From positions 1 to 52,046 of the forward strand of contig JAUWOJ010000001.1 of NCBI GenBank assembly GCA_030612175.1: a stretch of DNA of 52,046 bases. The letters run 5' to 3'. How positions within the stretch are numbered: position 1 is the stretch's first letter; each line of letters starts with the position of its first letter. Position numbers and translations under genes: made by a program. The stretch comes from Candidatus Bipolaricaulota bacterium (lineage in GTDB: Bacteria; Bipolaricaulota; Bipolaricaulia; UBA7950; UBA9294). This document shows, one piece after another, positions 43,824 through 52,046 of the stretch. Under the pieces are notes generated by a model that worked only from the letters and a program-made list of their open reading frames with translations, was not told the origin of the DNA and did no database searches.

Positions 43824-45089
43824 ATGCTAAGAAAGATATTGGCTATGGCAGCAGTTCTTTCACTCGTAGGTGCTGTTGGTATCTTGGGATTTGCTCAAAA
43901 GCAAGTCGTAATTGCAGTGGTTTGGAGTGGAGCAGAACTCGAGGCATTCGAGAAGACGTTGATTCCATTCGAGGAAGATACAGGAATCGATGTGGTTATC
44001 GAAAGTGTAGGCCGAGATTTGCCAGCAATCCTTGTCACACGACTGGCGGTCGGCAATCCGCCGGACTTGGCGGCAATGCCAAACCCAGGACAGATGAAGG
44101 AGTTCGCTAATCAGGGAGCACTGGTAGCGCTGGATGGAATCGTCGACCTTTCGGAATTGTCGAAGGCATTCATCGATCTCGCTAAGGTAGATGATCGCGT
44201 ATACGGTTTGTTCATTTCCGCTGACCTAAAGAGCCTTGTTTGGTATAGTCCGAAGGCTTTTGCGGCAAAAGGCTATGAGGTGCCGACAAGTTGGCCGGCC
44301 ATGATCGAGCTGTGCAACAAGATCGTTGCTGACGGAGGAACGCCGTGGGCCCTTGGCATGGAGTCAGGGGCAGCCAGCGGGTGGGTTGGGACAGACTGGG
44401 TCGAGGACATCATGCTCCGAACCGCTGGACCGGATCTCTACGACAAATGGGTCAGCCATGAGATCTCTTGGACCCATCCAGCGGTGAAGAAGGCGTTTGA
44501 ATACTTCGGACAGATCGTAAACGCGCCGGGATACGTCTATGGCGGAGCAACCGGAGCATTGATGATTTTCTTCGGCGATTCGCCAAATGCACTGTTCACC
44601 GATCCCCCTGCAGCGTATATGCACCGTCAAGCCACGTTCATCCAATCCTTCATCCTTACCGCAAACCCCGGCTTAGTGGCGGGCGAGGATTACGATGTCT
44701 TCCCGTTTCCGCCCATTTCGCCTATCTTCGGGAACCCCCTCCTTGGAGCAGGGGATCTGATCTCCGCATTTAATGATACCGCGGAGACACGAGCGCTACT
44801 TAACTATCTAGCCTCCGCCGAGGCGCAGGGGATTTGGTGCAAGGCACTCGGAAAACTAGCGGTCAATAAGACCGTTGACCCGTCTATCTATCCAGACCCA
44901 ATCACCGTGAAGGCCGCAGAGATGCTAGCCAACGCGGAAGTATTCCGTTTTGATGGTTCAGATCTGATGCCGGCCGCAGTAGGGGCCGGGACCTTCTGGA
45001 GTGGTGTCCTTGACTTTGTAAGCGGGATCCCTCTAGATACTGTCCTTGCGTCAATTGAGGCAAGCGCCATCGACGCCTACACTAAATAG
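43824..45089 (+). CDS. Sugar ABC transporter substrate-binding protein (family 1; candidate trehalose/maltose binder)
   Basis: 421 aa. Signal sequence MLRKILAMAAVLSLVGAVGILG; a family-1 SBP layout. AAGGAGG SD. The substrate is inferred only from the treT linkage. Confidence 0.8.
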   Translation: MLRKILAMAAVLSLVGAVGILGFAQKQVVIAVVWSGAELEAFEKTLIPFEEDTGIDVVIESVGRDLPAILVTRLAVGNPPDLAAMPNPGQMKEFANQGALVALDGIVDLSELSKAFIDLAKVDDRVYGLFISADLKSLVWYSPKAFAAKGYEVPTSWPAMIELCNKIVADGGTPWALGMESGAASGWVGTDWVEDIMLRTAGPDLYDKWVSHEISWTHPAVKKAFEYFGQIVNAPGYVYGGATGALMIFFGDSPNALFTDPPAAYMHRQATFIQSFILTANPGLVAGEDYDVFPFPPISPIFGNPLLGAGDLISAFNDTAETRALLNYLASAEAQGIWCKALGKLAVNKTVDPSIYPDPITVKAAEMLANAEVFRFDGSDLMPAAVGAGTFWSGVLDFVSGIPLDTVLASIEASAIDAYTK

Positions 45090-45114
45090 ACTCTTAGAAG
45101 AGATCGACCGCCTG

Positions 45115-45134
45115 AGGCCACTTAGCTGTGGCCT
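45115..45134 (+). promoter_or_regulatory. Stem-loop that sequesters the GAGG and GTG start of the first sugar permease gene
   Basis: AGGCCAC (45115-45121), loop TTAGCT, GTGGCCT (45128-45134). The right arm begins with the GTG start codon. Confidence 0.4.
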
Positions 45135-46054
45135 TGGGCATCTTCTTCAACAGAAAGAGGGGATACTTTCTTTTGCGTACAGGACGGCTGCAACCCTGGT
45201 TATTCATTGGACCGGCGCTCCTTCTACTTAGCTTCTTTCTTGTCTATCCGTCAATCCATACGACGATCTTGTCCTTCTTTGGAAGACCGTACAGTGCGGG
45301 TGCGGAAGGATTCATTGGTGTTGAAAATTACAAACACTTCTTTACCGACAGGAGTATGCTTACGGCCTTTCGTAACAACGCGCTCTGGGTAGTCATCTTC
45401 ACCACGTTTACCGTGTGTTTTGGGCTCATCTTTGCCACACTCCTCGACCGCGTACGCTATGAAAAGATAATCAAGGCAATCGTGTTCATCCCGATGGCAA
45501 TCTCCATGGTTGGTGCGAGTGTGATCTGGAAGTTCGTCTACGCATTCAGACCCGCCGGCGCCAATCAGGTCGGCCTCCTAAACGCAATTGTAGTCTTTTT
45601 TGGAGGGGAGCCAGTTGGATGGCTGATAGAGCGGCCGTGGCTCAACAACTCGTGCTTGATCATCGTTGGAATATGGATTTGGACAGGCTTTTGCATGGTT
45701 ATCCTCTCCGCAGCGTACAAGAACATTCCCAGGGCACTGATGGAAGCAGCACGAATTGACGGGGCAAGCGAGTGGCAGGTATTCTGGAAGGTAATCCTCC
45801 CGATCCTGAAACCAACCATAGCCGTTGTAACCACTACCATGATAGTCTTTGTTCTTAAGATCTTCGATATTGTCTACGTGATGACCAACGGGAACTTCTC
45901 TACCGAGGTTATTGCAAACCGCATGTACAAAGAAATGTTCAGTTTCTATCGTTACGGCCGGGCAAGCGCCATTGCGGTTATTCTGCTTCTACTCATCATC
46001 CCCGTGATGTTGTTTAACATTCGGCGGTTCAGAGAACAGGAGGCAGTCCGATAA
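45128..46054 (+). CDS. Sugar ABC transporter permease (MalF/UgpA type)
   Basis: 308 aa. EAA-type loop MEAARIDGASEWQVFWKVILPILKP; 6 TM segments. Confidence 0.9.
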   Translation: MALGIFFNRKRGYFLLRTGRLQPWLFIGPALLLLSFFLVYPSIHTTILSFFGRPYSAGAEGFIGVENYKHFFTDRSMLTAFRNNALWVVIFTTFTVCFGLIFATLLDRVRYEKIIKAIVFIPMAISMVGASVIWKFVYAFRPAGANQVGLLNAIVVFFGGEPVGWLIERPWLNNSCLIIVGIWIWTGFCMVILSAAYKNIPRALMEAARIDGASEWQVFWKVILPILKPTIAVVTTTMIVFVLKIFDIVYVMTNGNFSTEVIANRMYKEMFSFYRYGRASAIAVILLLLIIPVMLFNIRRFREQEAVR

Positions 46055-46911
46055 TGGCAGGGTTAATGAGAACACTCTCCCGCGGTCCTCTGCACGTGGT
46101 GATCATCATCCTAGCCCTCGCGTGGATGCTCCCCACCGCCGGTCTATTGATCACATCATTCCGTACGCCACAAGATGTTGCCCATTCTGGGTGGTGGACT
46201 GTCTTTGAGCACCCATTTAACTTCACTCGCTACAGTCTGGAGAACTACAGAGCGGTCATCGAGAAAAGTGGAATGGGACAAGCCTTCCTAAATAGCCTCA
46301 AGATAACTATTCCAGGAACAATCATCCCTGTGATGCTTGCTGCCTTTGCCGCATACGCCTTTGCCTGGATGAAGTTCCCTGGTAGGAAGACTCTCTTTCT
46401 GATCGTAGTTGCACTGTTGGTAGTTCCGTTACAGATGACCTTTATCCCTATCTTGACCATCTTCAAACAGCTGCGCCTCGGAGGTACCTTACCAGGAATT
46501 TGGTTGGCCCACACCGGGTACGGACTTCCGCTAACTGTTTACCTCTTACACAACTTTATTGCCGGCCTTCCAAGTGAACTCTTTGACTCGGCGTCCATTG
46601 ATGGAGCGTCTTCCTTACAGGTGTTCTTTCGACTGGTGCTACCTCTATCGGTTCCGGCGATCGCCTCAGTGATTATCTTTCAGTTCCTATGGGTGTGGAA
46701 TGACCTCCTGGTAGCGCTTATGTACCTGGGAGGGACACCCGATGTCGCTCCGGTGACACTGAAAGTAGCAAACCTGGTCGGTTCACGTGGCCAGGACTGG
46801 GAGCTCCTCACTGCTGCTGCCTTCGTCTCCATGGCATTACCGCTTATCGTCTTCTTCTCTCTACAACGTTACTTCGTGAGAGGGATCCTTGCTGGCTCGG
46901 TAAAGGGGTAG
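46054..46911 (+). CDS. Sugar ABC transporter permease (MalG/UgpE type)
   Basis: 285 aa. FDSASIDGASSLQVFFRLVLPLSVP. The ATG overlaps the upstream stop (TAATG). Confidence 0.9.
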   Translation: MAGLMRTLSRGPLHVVIIILALAWMLPTAGLLITSFRTPQDVAHSGWWTVFEHPFNFTRYSLENYRAVIEKSGMGQAFLNSLKITIPGTIIPVMLAAFAAYAFAWMKFPGRKTLFLIVVALLVVPLQMTFIPILTIFKQLRLGGTLPGIWLAHTGYGLPLTVYLLHNFIAGLPSELFDSASIDGASSLQVFFRLVLPLSVPAIASVIIFQFLWVWNDLLVALMYLGGTPDVAPVTLKVANLVGSRGQDWELLTAAAFVSMALPLIVFFSLQRYFVRGILAGSVKG

Positions 46912-47000
46912 AAAGTGGCGTACGTATCAGATGAACTACGCGATCAGCTTGCAACAGGGCAGATCTTGAGGATATGAACAACCAAAAGCAATAAACGTCC

Positions 47001-47028
47001 TTGACCGGCAAGTAAATACTGGTATCAT
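47001..47028 (+). promoter_or_regulatory. Possible internal promoter ahead of treT
   Basis: TTGACC (47001-47006), 16 nt, TATCAT (47023-47028), within the 149-nt gap between the permease gene and treT. Confidence 0.35.
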
Positions 47029-47060
47029 TTTTTGTCGAAGCTTGGACTGAGGAGGAATAG

Positions 47061-48269
47061 ATGGGACGAAGAATCGTGGATTATGAGAAGATCGTTGGTA
47101 AGGAAAAAATAGAAGAGATAAAGCAACGCGCTCACGAATTGCGAGGCCTCTCCGTGCTGCATGTAAATTCAACATTAGTTGGTGGTGGAGTAGCTGAAAT
47201 GCTGCAGTCACTGGTCCCTCTGTTTAACGATCTAGGCATCAATACTCGCTGGGAGGTTATTAAGGGAACCCCTCTCTTTTTCAAGATGACGAAAGGATTT
47301 CATAATGCCCTGCAAGGAGATGGTCTAAATAGTGGCGAAGCAATGCTAGAGCGATACCTTGAAATCAATAGACGGAATGCACAGCTACTGGATTTCAACT
47401 CGGACATTGTCATCATTCATGATCCTCAACCCCTTCCGTTAATCATGAGCCGTACCAAGGGAAGAAACCGCTGGATTTGGCGATGTCACATTGATCTCTC
47501 CTCGCCAGACAAGGAAGCATGGAAATTCCTCAGCCCCTACGTAGAGAGGTACGACATTGTCGTTCTCTCGATGCCAGAGTTTGCCCAGTACCTTCCTATA
47601 CCGCAAGATGTGATCCCTCCTTCTATAGATCCGTTAAGTGAGAAGAACAAGGACTTACCCGAGAACAAGGTAAGAGAAGTCTACCGGAAGTACAAGATAC
47701 CGATGGACAAACCAGTCATCCTTCAAGTTTCTCGTTTTGATCCGTTTAAGGATCCAGTAGGAGTGATTGAAGCATGCGAATTAGTGAGAAAGAAAGTAGC
47801 TTGTAGCCTTATCTTCGCCGGCGGAATAGCCTCAGATGATCCCGAAGGAGCGGAGGTGTTAGCGCGAGTCAGAGAGAGGGCAAATGGAGACCCAGACATC
47901 CATATCATTGCTCCTCAAAGTGAACCCATTCCTGATGTAGAGGTAAATGCCCTGCAGCGAGGCGCAGATATTATCGTCCAGAAATCATTGCGTGAGGGCT
48001 TCGCTCTTACGGTCACCGAGGCAATGTGGAAAGGGAAGCCGGTAGTAGGCAGCAATGTTGGTGGAATCCCATTGCAGGTTACGGATGGCGTTACAGGCTT
48101 TCTGGTTCGCTCAATTGACGAAACAGCTGAACGGATCACTTTCCTGCTACATAACCAGGAACTAGCGGTAGAGATGGGAGAGGTAGGCAGAGAGCAAATT
48201 CGCAAGAAGTTTCTCATAACACGGCAGATCAAAGACTATCTGCGACTTATGTCCATTATTGCTCCGTAG
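47061..48269 (+). CDS. treT: Trehalose glycosyltransferring synthase TreT (GT4)
   Basis: 402 aa, collinear with my recollection of archaeal TreT. Matching blocks: HVNSTLVGGGVAEMLQSLVPL, FHNALQG, WRCHIDLSSP, PPSIDPLSEKN, QVSRFDPFK, DDPEG, REGFALTVTEAMWKGKPVVG, GFLV. Confidence 0.8.
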   Translation: MGRRIVDYEKIVGKEKIEEIKQRAHELRGLSVLHVNSTLVGGGVAEMLQSLVPLFNDLGINTRWEVIKGTPLFFKMTKGFHNALQGDGLNSGEAMLERYLEINRRNAQLLDFNSDIVIIHDPQPLPLIMSRTKGRNRWIWRCHIDLSSPDKEAWKFLSPYVERYDIVVLSMPEFAQYLPIPQDVIPPSIDPLSEKNKDLPENKVREVYRKYKIPMDKPVILQVSRFDPFKDPVGVIEACELVRKKVACSLIFAGGIASDDPEGAEVLARVRERANGDPDIHIIAPQSEPIPDVEVNALQRGADIIVQKSLREGFALTVTEAMWKGKPVVGSNVGGIPLQVTDGVTGFLVRSIDETAERITFLLHNQELAVEMGEVGREQIRKKFLITRQIKDYLRLMSIIAP

Positions 48270-48298
48270 ATTCTGCTGGTAGGAAAGGAGCGGAAGAA

Positions 48299-49399
48299 AT
48301 GAAGGAAACCTACTTAGGGGCATTCGATCTTGGTGGCACAAAAGTCACCGTACTAGTTTCCGATTTATCGGGAAGGATCATAGAGCGGTCGAGAGAATCA
48401 ACCTCTACTCGGGGAGGGAAGTTCGTTCGTTGGAAGGATGGCACAGCCTACTACGGCATATCTCAGCAGATGGTGGAAATGCTCCGCCGTGCCATGGCCT
48501 CTGCCGGGGTTAGCGTCCTCTCCGGGATTGGGATTGGTTCAGCAGGTCCTATCCAAGGGGGAACGATTAGGAACTCAAGCAACATAAAGTTGCAGGGTGT
48601 TCCAAAGGATTTCCCTGATAATCCTTTATACATCCCGCTTGTAGAGCCTTTGGCTGAATCTTTTGCAGTTCCTGTCTGCTTAGACAACGACTGCAGCGCT
48701 GGTGTACTAGGTGAGCTGTATTATGGCGCTGGTAAGGAGACACTAGACAAGAGCAGATTTCACTTAGTGTATGTAACATTGAGTACCGGCTTTGGTGGCG
48801 GCATATGGGATGGTGGACACCTTGTACGTGGCAAAGAAGGGAATACCGAAGTTGGGCATTTTGTTGTACACAAAGGTGGGCTCAAATGCGGTTGCGGAAA
48901 CTACGGCTGCGTGGAGGCTTACTGTTCAGGAAGCGGAATCGCGAAAAATGCTAGAATCCAACTGGTAAATGAAGGCTTGCCAATGAATGAACCGCTTATG
49001 CGCCTGGCTAAGGCTGCCGTAAGTAGCAAAGGATCAAGCTCCTTCTCTGGGACTCAATGGGAATTGCTCGAGTTTATCGATGCTCCCCTAGTCTTCGAAG
49101 CAGCTCTATCTGGAGATGGAATCGCTAGAAGGGTTCTCCAAGAAGCATGCTGTCATGGTGGGATTGCTTTGGCAAATATCGCCAATGCGTACGACCCTGA
49201 TGTTATCAGCTTTGGGGGAAGTATCGCCATAAATCACCCTGAGTTTGTTGAAGAGATGAGAATAGAGATGGAACAGCACCTCAATGTTGGCTCTCCAGAG
49301 ATACAGATCACCCCACTTGGAGATAGGGCCGTGGAGTACGGCGCAATGGTCTTAGCCCGACAGGCAAGCGCTAATTCAAGCATAGACGCCAAATGCTAG
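48299..49399 (+). CDS. ROK-family sugar kinase (glucokinase-like)
   Basis: 366 aa. Lacks an HTH. N-terminal LGAFDLGGTKV and the zinc motif GHFVVHKGGLKCGCGNYGCVEAYCSG. Confidence 0.8.
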   Translation: MKETYLGAFDLGGTKVTVLVSDLSGRIIERSRESTSTRGGKFVRWKDGTAYYGISQQMVEMLRRAMASAGVSVLSGIGIGSAGPIQGGTIRNSSNIKLQGVPKDFPDNPLYIPLVEPLAESFAVPVCLDNDCSAGVLGELYYGAGKETLDKSRFHLVYVTLSTGFGGGIWDGGHLVRGKEGNTEVGHFVVHKGGLKCGCGNYGCVEAYCSGSGIAKNARIQLVNEGLPMNEPLMRLAKAAVSSKGSSSFSGTQWELLEFIDAPLVFEAALSGDGIARRVLQEACCHGGIALANIANAYDPDVISFGGSIAINHPEFVEEMRIEMEQHLNVGSPEIQITPLGDRAVEYGAMVLARQASANSSIDAKC

Positions 49400-49489
49400 C
49401 AACGCATTAAAGTTGCAGTGTGCCATCAGTGGTTGGCGGCCTAACTGCTCATCTGAGCGCGTTCTTGAACGACACAGTTCGACAAATGC

Positions 49490-49519
49490 TTGACATCCCC
49501 TTGTTATTGACGCTATACT
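49490..49519 (+). promoter_or_regulatory. Putative promoter of the third Dpp-like locus
   Basis: TTGACA (49490-49495), 18 nt, TATACT (49514-49519). It lies about 145 nt upstream of the GTG start at 49665. Confidence 0.5.
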
Positions 49520-49549
49520 TAGTTTATCCACTAGAGTCTGTAGACAGAG

Positions 49550-49580
49550 CTGATACCAACCTGAGAAGGAGAGGTATCAG
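49550..49580 (+). promoter_or_regulatory. 5' leader hairpin (8-bp stem, 15-nt purine-rich loop)
   Basis: CTGATACC (49550-49557) pairs with GGTATCAG (49573-49580). The loop is AACCTGAGAAGGAGA. Confidence 0.4.
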
Positions 49581-49664
49581 TAGGAAGGAAATGCCGAGCG
49601 TACGTGCCTGCAATAGGATGCTAAGGCGTCTTTAGGACATGTTCATCGGTCAAGGAGGAAGACA

Positions 49665-51251
49665 GTGAAAAAAATTTGCTTACTCGGACTCATCTTTACT
49701 TTGGTCATCGGCGTCCTCGCCGTTGGACAGGTAAAGACGCTTTATTGGAATCTCGGTACGGAACCCCCCACGCTTGACCCAAACATTGCAACTGACACGA
49801 CGTCGATCCAGGTTATTCAATCTCTATTCCTTGGTCTGACTGACTTTGACGACAATACGATGGAAGTTGTTCCGGAGCTTGCCACTCACTGGGAGGCTTC
49901 CGAAGACGGACTTACCTGGACGTTCTATTTACGTGACGACGTCATTTGGACTGACGGAACCCCGGTTACTGCTCACCAGGTGGTGTACAGTGTCAAGCGA
50001 ACCCTCGATCCAGCGACTGGTTCTTCCTACGCCTACGTCTTGTGGGTCATTGAGGGGGCGCAGGCATTCAACAACGACGAAGGCGGAACTGCTGACGGAG
50101 TTGGCGTCAAGGCGGTCGACGACTATACGGTGCAGTTCACCCTCACCCAGCCGGCGGGGTACTTCCCGTCCATCGCTGGAATGTGGATCTGCCGCCCGCT
50201 TCCGCACACAGTAGTGGAAGAGCACGGCGATGCGTGGGTCAATGTTGAGAACATCGTCACCAACGGTGCGTACGAGCTCGGTGAGTGGGTCCACGAAAGC
50301 CACCTGATCCTCTACAAGAGCGCGACTTACTACGATGTCGCCAACGTCAAGATCGATCAGGTCTACTGCTACATGATCGAGGAAGCGTCGACAGCGATGA
50401 CGTTGTACGAAGCCGGCGATCTCGATAGTACCGCTCCTCCACTTGAGGACATGGACCGCGTCAAGGCCGACCCCGTGCTAAGCGAGGAACTCCACATCGC
50501 TCCTGATCTGTGTACGTACTACTACGGGTTCAACAACGAGAAGGCTCCTTTCGATAACCCGCTCGTGCGCAAGGCGTTCGCTTCGGCAATCGACCGAGAA
50601 TCTTTGATCGAATTTGTCTTGAAGGGCGGGCAGTCCCCCGCGCAAACCTTTACCTGCCCGGGAATCTTCGGGCACGTCGACGGTGTAGCGGAAGGGATCG
50701 GTTACCCGTATGACCCAGAAGCAGCACAGGCGTTCCTAGCCGAAGCCGGCTACCCGAACGGCGAGGGCTTCCCTGAGGTGACGCTGATGCATAACACTTC
50801 GGAGGGACACTCGAAGATCGCGCAGTTCATCGGTCAGTCGTTCATGGATACCCTGAACGTGCAAGTGAACATCGTCAACCAGGAGTGGAAGGTCTATCTT
50901 GCGACGTGCCGCGAAGACGCGCCGCAGATCTACCGCATGGGTTGGTGCGCAGACTATCCTGACGCCAACAACTGGGTGAATGAAGTGTTCAACTCCAAGT
51001 CGGGCTCGAACTACGCTAACTACATTAATCCTACCTACGACGCGATCGTAGAGCGGGCCGCACGCGAGACCGATCCAGAAGTGCGCCTCGCTCTTTATCA
51101 AATAGCGGAGACCCTGATGTGCGATATCGACGCTGGTATCGCGCCCATTTACTTCTACACGATCGTCAACCTGACCAAGCCGTACGTGGTACGGACGTTC
51201 GCCCCACTCGGTGGCGAGCACTGGGAGCAGTGGGATATCCTTCCTCATTAG
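49665..51251 (+). CDS. ABC transporter substrate-binding protein, family 5 (peptide/nickel type)
   Basis: 528 aa. GTG start with AAGGAGGA upstream. Signal sequence MKKICLLGLIFTLVIGVLAVG; WTFYLRDDVIWTDGTPVTA. Visibly more G+C-rich than its neighbours. Confidence 0.9.
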   Translation: MKKICLLGLIFTLVIGVLAVGQVKTLYWNLGTEPPTLDPNIATDTTSIQVIQSLFLGLTDFDDNTMEVVPELATHWEASEDGLTWTFYLRDDVIWTDGTPVTAHQVVYSVKRTLDPATGSSYAYVLWVIEGAQAFNNDEGGTADGVGVKAVDDYTVQFTLTQPAGYFPSIAGMWICRPLPHTVVEEHGDAWVNVENIVTNGAYELGEWVHESHLILYKSATYYDVANVKIDQVYCYMIEEASTAMTLYEAGDLDSTAPPLEDMDRVKADPVLSEELHIAPDLCTYYYGFNNEKAPFDNPLVRKAFASAIDRESLIEFVLKGGQSPAQTFTCPGIFGHVDGVAEGIGYPYDPEAAQAFLAEAGYPNGEGFPEVTLMHNTSEGHSKIAQFIGQSFMDTLNVQVNIVNQEWKVYLATCREDAPQIYRMGWCADYPDANNWVNEVFNSKSGSNYANYINPTYDAIVERAARETDPEVRLALYQIAETLMCDIDAGIAPIYFYTIVNLTKPYVVRTFAPLGGEHWEQWDILPH

Positions 51252-51279
51252 CTGAGAGGATCAACACGGTAAGGAATTT

Positions 51280-51305
51280 GTGGGGTGGCTTAATTGCTGC
51301 CCCAC
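51280..51305 (+). terminator. Intercistronic stem-loop between the SBP and permease genes
   Basis: GTGGGGTGGC (51280-51289), loop TTAATT, GCTGCCCCAC (51296-51305): 10 bp including two G-U pairs. Confidence 0.45.
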
Positions 51306-51333
51306 CTTAGCTTATCTACAACAAGGTCGAAAT

Positions 51334-52046
51334 ATGATCCAGTTTGTGATAAGGCGGATTTTGTGGGCCGTCCCGATCGTCCTGGTTGTATCGAGTATCA
51401 CTTTCTTGTTGATGCATTCCGTCCCTGGTGGGCCGTTTGATGCTGAGAAGGCACTTCCTCAGGCAATCATCGATAACCTGAACGCCAAGTATCATTTGGA
51501 CGATCCTCTATGGAAACAGTACGTCGACTACATGTGGGGGTTTATGCGCTTTGATCTGGGCCCATCGATATCCTACAGATCGCGGACGGTGAACGACATT
51601 CTCGCGCAACAATGGCCGGTGACAGCGCTCCTTGGCCTGGCTTCGTTCGGAGTCGCAATATGCCTCGGTATCCCTCTTGGGGTGATCAGCGCGATCAAAC
51701 AGAACTCGCTGATCGACTACGGTTCAATGTGGATATCGCTGCTCGGTCTTTCCATTCCTAATATGGCGATGGGGCCTCTTCTGATCTGGATCTTTGCCCT
51801 TAACCTCAAGTGGTTTCCAGTAGCCACATGGGGATCTCCGATGCATGTTGTGTTGCCCGCAATCACCTTAGGAACCGCCTTCATGGCGATGTTTGCCCGG
51901 ATCACCCGTGCTTCGATGCTGCAGATCGTCCGTGAGGAGTACATCGAGAGCGCGCGCGCCATGGGTGTGCGCGAGATTTGTGTAATGTTAAAGCACACCC
52001 TACGCAACGCACTCATCCCTGTGATGACTATCGCCGGACCGGCTTT
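51334..52046 (+). CDS. ABC transporter permease, DppB/OppB type (partial; continues past the window end)
   Basis: Absent from the ORF track because it has no stop. Hand translation from ATG 51334 stays open to the end: MIQFVIRRILWAVPIVLVVSSITFLLMHSVPGGPFD...YIESARAMGVREICVMLKHTLRNALIPVMTIAGPA. Confidence 0.85.
   Translation, partial: MIQFVIRRILWAVPIVLVVSSITFLLMHSVPGGPFDAEKALPQAIIDNLNAKYHLDDPLWKQYVDYMWGFMRFDLGPSISYRSRTVNDILAQQWPVTALLGLASFGVAICLGIPLGVISAIKQNSLIDYGSMWISLLGLSIPNMAMGPLLIWIFALNLKWFPVATWGSPMHVVLPAITLGTAFMAMFARITRASMLQIVREEYIESARAMGVREICVMLKHTLRNALIPVMTIAGPA

Noticed and set aside
1-52046. A window-wide scan for defence systems, toxin-antitoxin pairs, prophage or transposon genes, tRNA, rRNA, tmRNA and RNase P signatures
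   Set aside because: No nuclease, helicase, methylase, integrase or transposase-like ORFs were seen. There are no terminal inverted repeats. I found no tRNA-like T-arm (GGTTCGAATCC-type) sequences and no conserved RNase P or tmRNA boxes by eye. Essentially every ORF longer than 150 aa is explained by a metabolic, transport or housekeeping family.

Overview
This is a 52-kb chromosomal segment. I found no rRNA, tRNA, CRISPR array, transposase, integrase or phage genes. G+C looks close to 50% by eye. The gene content includes a DUF5693/CsaB pair, a zinc-ribbon threonine synthase, TreT and a fragmented dcw cluster. That hints at a thermophilic monoderm lineage such as Chloroflexota, but this is inference only.

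I call 46 protein-coding features. Two of them are absent from the ORF track because they run off the window edges. Gene order:
- A minus-strand D-amino-acid/peptide locus: family-5 SBP, two permeases, D-aminoacylase, GntR regulator and a partial downstream gene.
- A regulator-like ORF whose winged helix extends upstream of any canonical start codon.
- A complete Fec/Btu-type ABC importer.
- DUF5693-csaB fused by an 8-nt overlap to a truncated dcw cluster (rsmH-ftsL-ftsI).
- mnmG, an SPFH protein, tpiA and pgsA.
- A same-strand block for amino-acid or cyclic-amide metabolism: Asp-racemase family, DmpA family, thrC, a frameshifted D-Cys-desulfhydrase-family gene, an amidohydrolase, hyuA, hyuB and an M20 amidohydrolase.
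- yidD, then hsp20 behind a consensus promoter and a CIRCE-like element.
- A second Dpp-like importer with a dipeptide epimerase and a divergent alpha-oxoamine-synthase-like enzyme.
- nadE, a pseudouridine synthase, a GNAT-like hypothetical and coaE.
- A ROK-regulated sugar ABC / treT / ROK-kinase cluster.
- A third, G+C-richer Dpp-like locus that is cut by the window end.

I see no defence system or mobile element. The most checkable oddities are:
- the +1 frameshift at CUU-AGG-UAG;
- the hydantoinase/oxoprolinase-type cluster with unusual partner genes;
- the archaeal-style SBP-permease-permease-treT synteny;
- CIRCE in front of hsp20;
- a two-site GntR operator pair;
- Dpp-type importers with no ATPase genes.

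All family assignments come from motif recognition by eye. No database search was run.
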